From a virus (lineage: Duplodnaviria; Caudoviricetes): 64,000 nt of DNA. The notes beneath the pieces were generated by a model, which had not been told where the DNA came from, ran no database searches, and saw only the letters and a list, made by a program, of their open reading frames with translations. The stretch lies in IMG/VR virus record IMGVR_UViG_3300050142_000050, positions 1-64,000 of that record; one strand, 5' to 3'. The translations under genes and the position numbers were made by a program. Shown piece by piece: positions 37,984-47,792 of the stretch; position 1 is the stretch's first letter, and every line of letters begins with the position of its first letter.

Positions 37984-39669
37984 ATGGCAGTCGCTGAAAA
38001 CGGTCAACCCACCCCCACCCCGGCATCGCAGGGTGTGGTACCTCCCTCGCACAAGGCTGAGGAAGCGTCCTACAGCACCGGTGCTTACGTTCGTCCTCCC
38101 GCCGACGGCGGCCTGGTCGGCCTGATGAGCGCCCTGAATGCTCCTTCGGTTTCGCCGGAAATCAAGCCCTTCTTGGAAAAGCTGCTCGAGAACCTGAAGG
38201 CTTCGGTCGGCGGTGCTTCGTTCACCAATGTCCGTTGTGAACATGTGGTCGGCTCGCCCAACTCGTTCATCATCGTCCTGCCGTCGACTCGCTACGAGAA
38301 GTCGGAGATGATCTTCCCGCTGCGCTTCGTGGGCGCTGCTTCGACGATCCAGAACTCGACGGATCCCGAAAGCAAGTTCATCAAGAACGCAGTCGAGGCC
38401 TACACCGCAGGTCGTTCGAACCAGATCCTGGTGGGCTCGCTGATCGTCCTGACTCGTGCCGAAGATATGGCTCGCGTCGATCAGGTGACCGAAACCATCC
38501 GTCGTGCATTCGTGTGGCACGACAATCAGGATGCCCACAACGCCACAGCATCGGGCTTTGCCGGCTACGAGCTGATCGTCACGACCGACGAGGCTACCGC
38601 ATCGGAAATTCTGAAGCGTCACTCGACCACGAGCACTCAGGTTCGTATCGATGTCGCGATGAACGTCATGCTGCGCCGTCCTCGCCGCGCTGGCTACCTC
38701 GCCTATCAGGAACAGGGTGATGATCGACCGATCCCGCTGGGCTCGATCGGTGGTTATGTTGACTTCCCGGGTGAACAGCCGGAATTCAATCCTGCGCAGA
38801 ACACGCAGGTCATGCGTCAGAAGCCGCTGGTCTACATCACTGCGATGCAGTGCGACCTGCCCATCGCTCCTGTGATCGCAATGTTGGTGTCGGCCTTCAC
38901 GTCGGAAGTCATCAACAACCGTCGTTTCTGGCTGCAACAGTACATCCCGACCCTGGGCGGTACCGATCCGATCCATCCCGGCGTACTGGCTCCCGACCCG
39001 CAGACCAACACGCCGGCCGATATCCCGACCGACGTGCATCTGGAAGAATTCGCATCGGCTGTGTTCGCCGATGTCGACGTCGCTATCCAGTTCCAGGATG
39101 GTCACGACAACCTGCCGCATCTGGCAGAAATGCTGAACTCGGCAAGCGCCCCTGACTTCGTGCGTGAATGCGCTCGTTTCTTCGGCGTGGGCGAAGACCT
39201 GTTCCCGCAGGGGATGGTTCCTACCCAGCACTACCGCTCGGACATCGAAGGTGTCTATGGTTCGTGGGATGGTAACCTGCGCGATTCGCGCTACATCGAC
39301 TTCGTCAACTATGCCTCCAAGCATGGTCTGGCCAGCTGTAACGAGAAGACCAAGACGCTGCTCCTGCGTCGTGACTACCCGGCTCAGACGCGTGAACGCG
39401 CTCTGGAGATCTCGAACATCATCGCGAACTCCGGCCAGGTCTTCCGTCCTCTGTATGACACCTCGGTCCACATCGTCGCTCGAGGCTTTGTGAACGCGGT
39501 GACCCATGCGATGAGCCGTGCTGGTGTGACGATCACCAACCCGAGCGCGCCGATCACTGCTCAGAATGTTGCCTACTGGCAGCAGGTCGCCGGCAATGTC
39601 AACGTCGCTCGTGCCATCGGTGCTGGCAGCTACAACGGCCCCGCCTACAACGGTGGTCGCGCCTGGTAA
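37984..39669 (+). CDS. chmA: Chimallin, phage nuclear shell protein
   Basis: About 560 aa, strongest codon bias, early promoter, directly upstream of the nvRNAP beta' N-terminal gene as in phiKZ gp54/gp55; GGAG RBS favours ATG 37984. Confidence 0.78.
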   Translation: MAVAENGQPTPTPASQGVVPPSHKAEEASYSTGAYVRPPADGGLVGLMSALNAPSVSPEIKPFLEKLLENLKASVGGASFTNVRCEHVVGSPNSFIIVLPSTRYEKSEMIFPLRFVGAASTIQNSTDPESKFIKNAVEAYTAGRSNQILVGSLIVLTRAEDMARVDQVTETIRRAFVWHDNQDAHNATASGFAGYELIVTTDEATASEILKRHSTTSTQVRIDVAMNVMLRRPRRAGYLAYQEQGDDRPIPLGSIGGYVDFPGEQPEFNPAQNTQVMRQKPLVYITAMQCDLPIAPVIAMLVSAFTSEVINNRRFWLQQYIPTLGGTDPIHPGVLAPDPQTNTPADIPTDVHLEEFASAVFADVDVAIQFQDGHDNLPHLAEMLNSASAPDFVRECARFFGVGEDLFPQGMVPTQHYRSDIEGVYGSWDGNLRDSRYIDFVNYASKHGLASCNEKTKTLLLRRDYPAQTRERALEISNIIANSGQVFRPLYDTSVHIVARGFVNAVTHAMSRAGVTITNPSAPITAQNVAYWQQVAGNVNVARAIGAGSYNGPAYNGGRAW

Positions 39670-39690
39670 GGCGAATAACAAAAGGGATAG

Positions 39691-39733
39691 GGGTAGGAGG
39701 GTTTTCCCTCCTACCCTCTTCTCTTCATTTTTT
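39691..39733 (+). terminator. chmA terminator
   Basis: gggtaggaggg-tttt-ccctcctaccc followed by a pyrimidine/T run. Confidence 0.7.
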
Positions 39734-39753
39734 AACACATCGGAGTATGACAC

Positions 39754-39882
39754 ATGCCGAAGACGATTGAGGAAGCTTTCGAGCTCTCCGTAGAAGCGGC
39801 TAAGAAGCTGCATGATACCAAGGTGGTGACGACGGTCGTCAACACACCGCGCGAGCGGCGTCCTTTGGGTCTGTATAGTTAG
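39754..39882 (+). CDS. Small 42-aa protein (not in the ORF track)
   Basis: GGAG RBS; MPKTIEEAFELSVEAAKKLHDTKVVTTVVNTPRERRPLGLYS; biased codons. Confidence 0.55.
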   Translation: MPKTIEEAFELSVEAAKKLHDTKVVTTVVNTPRERRPLGLYS

Positions 39883-39937
39883 TAAACTAGCAATCTAAGA
39901 GGGGTATGCTTTAGCACCCTCTAGACTAGGATATCCG

Positions 39938-41260
39938 ATGACTCAGGAAAATATCCAAGAAGAAGATCTGAACGGTATTATGACAGATACCGATCTGAGC
40001 ATCCTCAGACTCGTCGATCATGATAACCAGTTCGTTGTCAGTGGTCGCAACCTCAATGGGAAGGTGAATGTCCTTAACTCTTACGACCTCAACTCAGGGG
40101 ACTTCGTAAGTAGTATCATCGAAGTCATCGCTTCTAATGGGAGTAATGGTGACTCGGTGGCTCATTGCGACTGTGGGTGCACTGAGGGTGATCAACGTAT
40201 CGGTAGTAGGTGTCGTGAATGCGGTACTTTCGTGCAGAAGCGTGAGATCACTGATGATGACAATCTGACCAATGCGAATTGGTTCAGGTGTCCTGAGGAA
40301 TTGGCTTCGGGATGGTTGCATCCTGTCGTATACATGATCCTCTCCAACTGGCTCGTCTATGAGCGCAAGAAGAAAGGTGGTCGCAACTACCTCGACGATA
40401 TCCTCAATGTCGACGCTGAGGTCGACTATGAGATCGCCAATGTGGTGAATGGTCGTGGGTTCCAATATCTGCGCGACAACTTCGATCGACTGATGGACTT
40501 CTTCATCAATGACCATCCGAAAATTTCGGAGAAGTCTGAGTCGAAGACTATGCGCTTCTTCCTTGACATGTACAAGGATGTCATCTGGTGTCGGTATATA
40601 CCGATCATGCCAGCAGCGCTCAATCCCATCACCAGTCGTGATCCTGACAGTGTCCAGGCTTCACGTCAGATCGATCCCATCACTACCCATGTGATGGAAG
40701 CGGCATCTATCCTCTCGGAGATCGACTTCGGGACTAAGCGCCGTAAGGATCGTCAGCTCAAGGTAGAGCGACAAGTGTGGGCAGCCTATCAGGCTATCAT
40801 CGCCTACAATGAAGAAGCCACTCGTAAGTTCCACTCGACGAAGAAGGCTATCCCTCGTACACAGATGCTGGGTGCTCGTATGCACCTCACATTCCGTGCG
40901 GTGATCGGTCCCATCATCGGTGAGCACGTACACGACGAACTCCACATCCCGTGGTCCATCGGCGTGAACACTTTGCGGGTGCACATCATCGGTATCCTCC
41001 AGAACCGATATGACTACATGCTCGTAGATGCTCAGCGCATCCACAGTCGAGCTATTACGACCTATGACAAAACAGTCGATGACATCATGAAGTCTTTGAT
41101 TGAGGAGAGTCCATGTCACGGTCTACCTGTACTGTGGCACCGCCCTCCATCTATCCGGGATGGTAACGTGATGCTCAAGCGCGTCACGCGTATCAAGACG
41201 GACATCAACGATCCATCAATTAGTATGACGCCTATCGACGTCGCTCTCCCAAATGCGGAT
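39938..41260 (+). CDS. nvRNAP beta' N-terminal subunit (phiKZ gp55-like), exon 1
   Basis: Zn ribbon CDCG...CREC, GARMHLTFRAVI, HRPPSI; ends in NAD of the catalytic NADxDGD motif. Confidence 0.88.
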
Positions 41261-41627
41261 TAACTATTAGTCCTACGTCATCGAGAGGTGACGGTAAATA
41301 TCTCCTTAATTGCGGGGAAGTCTCATTAAGTTCTCACACACCAAGTGGATCATGGAAACATGATAATCCATGGCGACGCTAATTACGTCGGTACGGTAAA
41401 AGATGTGAGATAGAGAAAATCCGCAGCCAAGTGCCTAAGTCCTTCTTGGATATGGTAAAGGTTCAACGGCCATCGCAGGCATGCGAGTAGGGATCGAGTG
41501 ATCCCGAAATGGGAGACCCCTCCTCTGGAGGGTGAAGATATGGTCTGTTCCTACATGAGAATGTAGGCGGAGCTGCCTCTATATGAGGACAAGCCGGGTG
41601 AGTCTAACGAGCTCACTGGACATCAAG
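41261..41627 (+). ncRNA. Group I intron (367 nt, no homing endonuclease) in the nvRNAP beta' gene
   Basis: P1 ggat|taa-cta-tta-gtcc with U.G at the splice site; P aattgcggggaa 41308, Q aatccgcagc 41418, R gttcaacggccat 41461, S aagatatggtc 41535; terminal G; splicing restores NAD-YDGD. Confidence 0.92.
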
Positions 41628-41804
41628 TATGACGGGGACACGCTGGCAGGGATTCTGCTGGTAGAATGGGAGATGGTAAAAGCCATGCGGCGTATGTCGA
41701 CCGACAATCTGATCTGGGATCGCAACACAGGGCGAGTCAGCGAGGAAATCGGTGTGTCCAAAGACGTCGCTCAGGTCATGAATAGGTTCTTGGGAGTTCT
41801 TTAA
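41628..41804 (+). CDS. nvRNAP beta' N-terminal subunit, exon 2
   Basis: Begins YDGDTL, in frame after the intron-terminal G (58 aa; spliced product 499 aa). Confidence 0.88.
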   Translation, partial: YDGDTLAGILLVEWEMVKAMRRMSTDNLIWDRNTGRVSEEIGVSKDVAQVMNRFLGVL

Positions 41805-41859
41805 CTTAATAGATCACCATGATCATTTGAGTTAGAGGTAAGAGAACGGGGAACAACAG

Positions 41860-42471
41860 ATGGCAATTATCCGTATCAATCCAGGTGTTTCTTCGGGATA
41901 CGGGATGCCGAGTCTTTCGACGTTGATGGGATCTGGTGTGAGTGGTAGTGTCTTTGACAGTATCAACACCAATGCTCATGACGCTTTGTTCGCAGAGCGT
42001 TTTGCAGGGTTGCACCAGAACTTCATGGATCTCCATGTCAAGCCACTCGAAGCGGTGGCTCGTGAAGTAGGTGGTCTGTTCAATCAGGCTACTAACCCCA
42101 ACGTCTATCGACCACTGATCTCGGAGAATGACTTCTATGCAATTCCAAACTGCATGGAACTCCCGATCATGATGATGCCTGAAATGCGTAAGCTCCTAGT
42201 GGAGGGACGCATCAATGGTTTCGGCTATACCCCGGAAGATATCCCGGAAGACGACTCGTTCGGGCGAGTGCTCGATCGATTCCACGTACCCGACGTGGAA
42301 GCTGCATCCAATAAGGATGGCTATTTCACAGTGACTGCCAGGTTCGAAGAATTCGACCCTGTGTTGGACGACACGCAATTCTACGCATTGCGCCGTACTC
42401 GCGGTGCTATCCGTAAGTTGTTGGAAGACACGGAGCTCGATCCGACGGACATCGGCACGATTCGTGGGTGA
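41860..42471 (+). CDS. Conserved chimallivirus core hypothetical protein
   Basis: Follows the beta' gene; GRINGFGY motif; synteny. Confidence 0.6.
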   Translation: MAIIRINPGVSSGYGMPSLSTLMGSGVSGSVFDSINTNAHDALFAERFAGLHQNFMDLHVKPLEAVAREVGGLFNQATNPNVYRPLISENDFYAIPNCMELPIMMMPEMRKLLVEGRINGFGYTPEDIPEDDSFGRVLDRFHVPDVEAASNKDGYFTVTARFEEFDPVLDDTQFYALRRTRGAIRKLLEDTELDPTDIGTIRG

Positions 42472-42533
42472 TAGTGGAGGGTCCTAGGACCCTCCACTCT
42501 TTCCCTATAATTTTTTATCGAGGAGACTCTATC

Positions 42534-42803
42534 ATGAGTAAACATATACTGACAGTCGACAAGAGACTCGCGGTTTCTTCGATCGTGATCCCGATGATCC
42601 TCCATAACCAGGGTATGAGATATCTCGGCCACCGTATGGACGTAGAGGCGGTCAGTAATACCGACGGTGAGTTTGTCGTATCCTACGCTTACTCCGACAT
42701 CGATCCTGAGCGTAGTGATGATGATCTGAGTACCATCCGCATGCTACATAAATCTCATTATAGCATGATGTGGGATGACATATACGAAGTCGGTGAGCTG
42801 TAA
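42534..42803 (+). CDS. Small hypothetical protein
   Basis: GAGGAG RBS, ATG 42534. Confidence 0.6.
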   Translation: MSKHILTVDKRLAVSSIVIPMILHNQGMRYLGHRMDVEAVSNTDGEFVVSYAYSDIDPERSDDDLSTIRMLHKSHYSMMWDDIYEVGEL

Positions 42804-42821
42804 CGACGAAAGGGTCGACCT

Positions 42822-43598
42822 ATGTCCGGAGTAGAAGTACAACTCAAGATGACTGGTCCTGAAGAGGACCTCAATACCCTCTATGAGGGACTCAAGAGAA
42901 CAAGGTGGCTCAACATCCCATTCGGACCTCATTGTCCTCCTGGGATAGAAGGTATCACTTCCAAGCTTATGAAAGAGCTTGATCCCGAAGTTCCAGGTGT
43001 GAAACTCTTACGTGAGGGTGGTTATACCTGCGTCTACGACTGGATGAAGAAGAATTGGGGTACTGAGCATGCTGAGATCACACGGGTCGATAAGAAGACC
43101 GTGGTCGAAGTACGGATCGATCCGGGTCATGACAACGTATATCCCATCTTGAACCACATCCGTGCTCAGTTTCCTAATGTCACCTTCGACTATGCTGATA
43201 GCGACACATTTGGTGTAGCTTATGAGCAGCAATATACACCAGGGATGATCCACATCCCGATCAAAGAGGAGACCATGAGTCATCTCAGTCTCGATCGGTC
43301 GTATGAGTTCGGGGATCCTGATTATACCTGGGATGGTAAACCCCTGACTATGTATGAAAGAGATCAGCTGTTCGAAAGAGATATGGAACATCTCAATGCC
43401 ACTTATGAGATAGAGTGTTATTGTTGTACCGATAAACAGTTCTATCCTGGATTTGGGTATGTACCCGATGTCGAAGCTGTGAGTGATAATGCTGGATATT
43501 TCGAGATAACAACTCGGACTAACGAGTTCTGCCCGCCTATGCCGGATGAAGTGATGAGATCACACAGAGTACTATATGCCCTAACGAATCAAACCTGA
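42822..43598 (+). CDS. DUF1281/YubB ferredoxin-like domain protein
   Basis: YDWMKKNWGT motif and ...FPNVTFDYAD. Confidence 0.55.
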   Translation: MSGVEVQLKMTGPEEDLNTLYEGLKRTRWLNIPFGPHCPPGIEGITSKLMKELDPEVPGVKLLREGGYTCVYDWMKKNWGTEHAEITRVDKKTVVEVRIDPGHDNVYPILNHIRAQFPNVTFDYADSDTFGVAYEQQYTPGMIHIPIKEETMSHLSLDRSYEFGDPDYTWDGKPLTMYERDQLFERDMEHLNATYEIECYCCTDKQFYPGFGYVPDVEAVSDNAGYFEITTRTNEFCPPMPDEVMRSHRVLYALTNQT

Positions 43599-43603
43599 GG
43601 ATA

Positions 43604-44026
43604 TTGGTCATGGTAGGAATTCTGACTCTAGGCGGTAGTCTCACGATCACCGACCCACTGCGCATCATCGCTTATGTCATCAGGATGGCATGCTCAGTAC
43701 CAGCAGGTGCTGTGGATGATCTAGGTGGCTACATCTATTCCTTCAGGGAAATGGCCGGTCGACTGGGTCATGATCCTGATGGTCTGGCAGCTGAGATGAC
43801 ACGGTCCCTCAATGGTACCTACAGGCGCATCTTCACCGATACTCGGAGCGTGGTCGCATCTGTGACGGTCACTAAGTATGAGGATACTCGTACCTATGAC
43901 TTGAAACTCAATGTGATGTTCTCCAAAGAGAATGGGGATCTCGATACGCTAGGTACTGACATCACGATCGAAAACGGACAGATCGTCGTACCGACTGGTT
44001 CATTGGATCAGTATTTTGCAGACTAG
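43604..44026 (+). CDS. Conserved chimallivirus hypothetical protein
   Basis: Synteny within the chmA-nvRNAP block. Confidence 0.55.
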   Translation: MVMVGILTLGGSLTITDPLRIIAYVIRMACSVPAGAVDDLGGYIYSFREMAGRLGHDPDGLAAEMTRSLNGTYRRIFTDTRSVVASVTVTKYEDTRTYDLKLNVMFSKENGDLDTLGTDITIENGQIVVPTGSLDQYFAD

Positions 44027-44090
44027 TTAGGAGATAGTGGATTTATACTCTACCTCTCCATCGGCATGATATGCAATAAGGAGATATCCC

Positions 44091-44729
44091 ATGTCGGAAG
44101 AAAAAGAAAAACAACCCATCAGTCTGGAATTCTTCGACCTGTGTCGTACTGAGTTCATTCAGGATCTGGATGGACCCATCGTACTGTCAGCTTCGGAGTT
44201 CGCTCCTTATCAGGAGGCATTCTATCCTGACAAAGAGCGGTATGAGAATGATGGCGAGTATCGTAAGCATCTGTCTCAGGTGCGTGCGGCAGCTCAGTCG
44301 CAGTTGCGGTGGTCGCCCTATCGTTATTTCATCATCGTGAGTGATACCAATCGCGATGAAGTACTCCTGACGACTATCCCGATCTTCAATCGGATCAGTA
44401 GCGATCGGTCGGAACGACTCTCTCGGCGTCAACCTGGCGGTAGTCCTCTGGCTAATAAACTGGCGGATCTGGATGCAGTATCCAGCTTCGAGTCGCTCAT
44501 GGAGAGTAATCATACCCCAGAGATGGTGGAATACTTCCAGAAGGCCAATATGCGGACCAAGGTCTTGCATACCCTCTGGATGACAAAGACCGCTACTGAT
44601 GCACAGCTCGCAGAGCGTGGTTATAAGCGTGTCGATGGTGTGATCTATCCCCTCGAGGATGATCCTGAGGCCCCCAAGCCGGTAGGTACTATCGTACCCA
44701 CACTCGAGTTCGATGACGATGAGGACTGA
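44091..44729 (+). CDS. Conserved chimallivirus hypothetical protein
   Basis: AAGGAG RBS; upstream of sbcD; acidic C-terminus. Confidence 0.65.
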   Translation: MSEEKEKQPISLEFFDLCRTEFIQDLDGPIVLSASEFAPYQEAFYPDKERYENDGEYRKHLSQVRAAAQSQLRWSPYRYFIIVSDTNRDEVLLTTIPIFNRISSDRSERLSRRQPGGSPLANKLADLDAVSSFESLMESNHTPEMVEYFQKANMRTKVLHTLWMTKTATDAQLAERGYKRVDGVIYPLEDDPEAPKPVGTIVPTLEFDDDED

Positions 44730-45870
44730 ACCTAAGTTCCTCATGATGTCCGATCTCCACTATGGCTCTAGGGATATTCCTCCGCATGAGATGGCGGATG
44801 CTTTCAGGAAGACTGTGTTCCCCATGGTCGGTGATGTTGACTTGATCTGCATCAATGGGGACTTCTACGATGATGCGATTGAATTTGACTCCGTCACATT
44901 CGATTGTGTCTATAATCTGATCGTGGATTTGATGCGCGAGTGCCAGCAACATGGGACTAAGTTGAGACTCATGCAAGGTACTTGGACGCATGATCGTGGT
45001 CAGGTCCAGAAGTTCGATCTTTTCTACAAGAGCCATCAGTTCGACTTTGACTTCCGTTTCGTCAGGAATATCGATTTTGAGGAGATCTCCTTTGGGGAGA
45101 AGACTCTTCGATTTATGTATGTCCCTGACGATATCGGTTACACCTCTTCTGAAGATGCCGTACAGGCTATCAAGGAAAAGATGAGTGATCGAGGGTGGGA
45201 CTATGTCGATTATGGTTGTATGCATGACTTCTTTGACTTCACATTCCCCAAGAATGTGAGCACTGAATACCGTCGTGTATATCGAGAGGAACAATTCCCA
45301 TTCGTCCATAAAGCGATCAATGTGGGTCATGTCCATCAATACCGAGTAGGTCCGATGAGTAAGGCCATCTCCAATGGTGGATTCGATCGCTATGTCCATG
45401 GTGACGAAGATGCTAAGGGGATGATCCTCTATGTCGATAAGGAAGATAGCTACACGGCCACTTTTGTGGAGAACAAGTTTGCAGCTGTCTTTGACACATT
45501 GGTGATCCCAGAGAGTCTCACGACTGAACAGATCACCAAGCTCATCACAGATCATCTCAATAGTCTCGCGACTGACCGCAGAGTCAATCTGAGGTTTGTG
45601 GTGGACACGATCAATAAGTGGTCAGTGATCCGTGAGTGGATGAGGGATAATTACCGAGACGTCAGATGTTCGATGAAGAGATCAAAGACTGTCACTCCGA
45701 TCAAGATGGTCAATGGTCCCCTCCTCACGACCAGCAGTAGTGCAGAACCTGAAGAGATTCCCACTCCTGCTAATCTGGCTACTTTGGTAAAAGCCATGCT
45801 CAATCCTGAAGATCCAATCACGATCGATGAGATCCAGAAACATTTGGATGGTCCTGTAGGAACGTCCTAG
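44713..45870 (+). CDS. sbcD: SbcD/Mre11-like metallophosphoesterase nuclease
   Basis: SDLH, NGDFYD, GTWTHD, MHD and GHVH phosphoesterase motifs. Confidence 0.87.
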   Translation: MTMRTEPKFLMMSDLHYGSRDIPPHEMADAFRKTVFPMVGDVDLICINGDFYDDAIEFDSVTFDCVYNLIVDLMRECQQHGTKLRLMQGTWTHDRGQVQKFDLFYKSHQFDFDFRFVRNIDFEEISFGEKTLRFMYVPDDIGYTSSEDAVQAIKEKMSDRGWDYVDYGCMHDFFDFTFPKNVSTEYRRVYREEQFPFVHKAINVGHVHQYRVGPMSKAISNGGFDRYVHGDEDAKGMILYVDKEDSYTATFVENKFAAVFDTLVIPESLTTEQITKLITDHLNSLATDRRVNLRFVVDTINKWSVIREWMRDNYRDVRCSMKRSKTVTPIKMVNGPLLTTSSSAEPEEIPTPANLATLVKAMLNPEDPITIDEIQKHLDGPVGTS

Positions 45871-45887
45871 TCTAGGGATGGTATTCC

Positions 45888-46808
45888 ATGAGGCAATTTC
45901 CAGATAAGACTAAAATGCCCCTCTCACAAGACGGGAGTGAGGTCATCCGTGGTTCTTCCATGGGTTTCAACCTCATCCTGAAATTGTGGGAGGAGGCATC
46001 TTTGGTGGATATCAATCCGAGGACGAATGCGATCCTCGTGTCGGTAGCTACCATATTCCGAAACGTGTGGGATACCCCCAACATCGATCGGAGTAAGATG
46101 AGTGAATGGGTACTCAACGACATCTTCATGCTTGCTGACTATGTGGATACCTATCTGCATCATACAAGCATGGTCCATGAGATGAAGCGTAAGCTTCCCA
46201 TCATCATCTATTTTCCCAAATACAGCGCTATCAGAGAGGATAGACGTAAGCCCCTCACTGATCGTGACAAACTCTTCGAAGAGGCCTATACGGCCTTCAG
46301 TAAGCGAGGGGTGATAGATGGTCAAGTAGTCCACCAGACACCTAAGTGTAAGGTGTTCACCTCGATTGTGGGGTCTGCTCACGGATTACCCTTCCGAGAA
46401 CTAGCAGCTCAGTTGCGCATGTACTCCACACTGTCCGACGTCCTATATACTCCGGGTTCTCCGTCCTATCTCATTAGTCACAATGACTTGGACTTCTATT
46501 TCCTGGACATCGTCAGGAACTCGTCCATCTTGCGCAGTCATACTGGCGCACTGATCGGTAAGAAAGATCTTGCGAAGAGGATAGATTCCAGTGGGATAAT
46601 TCCTTTCAATCCTCTAACGCATGGTATGTTTGGTGACAAAGTCATGGTGAAAAGACTCCTCGATATCAAGGGGAAGAAACTCATCATGGATGCGGCAGCC
46701 AAAGAGAATTGGTTGATCCGCTCTGAAGGAGATATCGCTCGAAGTGTCGCCAAGATACTCTCGATTCCCCTGTCGGATGTGATGAAAATGCGCATCCGTG
46801 GAGTGTGA
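45888..46808 (+). CDS. Conserved chimallivirus protein (phiKZ gp66-like)
   Basis: Position after sbcD; TIFRN, YFPKY, SH..LDF, LRSHTG and IPFNPLT motifs. Confidence 0.55.
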   Translation: MRQFPDKTKMPLSQDGSEVIRGSSMGFNLILKLWEEASLVDINPRTNAILVSVATIFRNVWDTPNIDRSKMSEWVLNDIFMLADYVDTYLHHTSMVHEMKRKLPIIIYFPKYSAIREDRRKPLTDRDKLFEEAYTAFSKRGVIDGQVVHQTPKCKVFTSIVGSAHGLPFRELAAQLRMYSTLSDVLYTPGSPSYLISHNDLDFYFLDIVRNSSILRSHTGALIGKKDLAKRIDSSGIIPFNPLTHGMFGDKVMVKRLLDIKGKKLIMDAAAKENWLIRSEGDIARSVAKILSIPLSDVMKMRIRGV

Positions 46809-46857
46809 TATTCTATGAATAACCCAGGCCGTAACTGGCCTTTTTGAGGGAACCTGT

Positions 46858-47607
46858 ATGTCTGATAAGCCCCAATATGCGAAGACCGAGTTTGGCGATA
46901 TCGTCCACAATAGTCTGGTCACTTCGACTGCCAAGGAAAATCGTGAGGCCAAACTGAGCCTCAGCGTCTTCAAGGGCAATGCCTCATTTTCGGTCAATAT
47001 CGGTACTGGTGGTTCGCCCTGGCGTCAGGGTCTGACTGCTCCCTACCGCATCGCTATCGCTGCGGTACTGCGTGAGATCCGCAAACAACCCAACACCTGT
47101 CGCCAGACCATCGGTGTGAAGGCTTTCGAGAAGGATCCCCAGACAGGTCGTCTCTCTCCAAAGCCCACCGGTACGATCACGATCGGTATCGATGATCAGA
47201 TGACCCTCTTCATCGAGCTGGCCTTCAACACCCTCAATGGTGGCCAGCGTCTCACCTTCCCGATCAAGATTCCAGGTACTCTGGATATGTCGGAAACCTC
47301 GCTGACCGAGCGTGATCTGATTTGCATCTGCATCGACTATGTGATCGATGGTCTGATCACCCAGGCAGGTCTGGGCGTACGACTCTCGTCCGTGCGCTCG
47401 CAGCGTCCTGGTGGCGGTGGTGGTAACTGGGGTGGCAACAACCGTCAAGGCGGTGGTGGCGGTGGTTGGAATGGCGGCGGCAACAACGGCGGTGGCCAGC
47501 GCCAGGGTGGCTGGAACGGTGGAAACTCCGGAGGCGGTAGCTCTGGTGGTGGCAACAATGGTGGCGGTGGCGCTGCCAGCGACGATGACGACGGTATCGC
47601 GTTCTAA
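46858..47607 (+). CDS. chmC: ChmC-like nucleic-acid-binding protein with a Gly/Asn-rich tail
   Basis: Immediately upstream of the gp68-like gene; GGGGNWGG repeats and an acidic DDDDGIAF end; assignment by synteny. Confidence 0.55.
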   Translation: MSDKPQYAKTEFGDIVHNSLVTSTAKENREAKLSLSVFKGNASFSVNIGTGGSPWRQGLTAPYRIAIAAVLREIRKQPNTCRQTIGVKAFEKDPQTGRLSPKPTGTITIGIDDQMTLFIELAFNTLNGGQRLTFPIKIPGTLDMSETSLTERDLICICIDYVIDGLITQAGLGVRLSSVRSQRPGGGGGNWGGNNRQGGGGGGWNGGGNNGGGQRQGGWNGGNSGGGSSGGGNNGGGGAASDDDDGIAF

Positions 47608-47695
47608 TCGCACAATCACAGACAGAGGGTGGGCCACACGGCCCACCCTCTAGACTATGGATTATCCTTCAGTATACTGAATGTGATTTAATCCT

Positions 47696-47710
47696 CATAT
47701 TACTCACATG
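47696..47710 (+). promoter_or_regulatory. Putative early promoter
   Basis: catattac tcaca tg, upstream of the gp68-like subunit gene. Confidence 0.65.
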
Positions 47711-47792
47711 ACCATTAAACTTGCTGATGGTTTCTCTGAAACTTAAATAGTTTCCATCACAAATTGATATGTAATATAGCGAGGGGTCATCT

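Noticed and set aside
37960-39813. 617-aa ORF antisense to chmA
   Set aside because: Same codon-bias shadow effect; also explains 5066-5701, 16322-17113 and 46984-47646
41583-41627. MRTSRVSLTSSLDIK as the N-terminus of a separate gene
   Set aside because: It is intron P9 sequence read in frame with exon 2; the same pseudo-peptide appears at 58966 because the two introns share their 3' block
47400-47580. GGT/GGC-rich tract as a G-quadruplex or satellite
   Set aside because: Fully explained by glycine codons of the ChmC-like tail
47771-47778. Minus-strand TATATTAC pointing antisense into chmC
   Set aside because: Lacks the downstream TG and overlaps the AT-rich leader of the gp68-like gene; cannot be supported without TSS data
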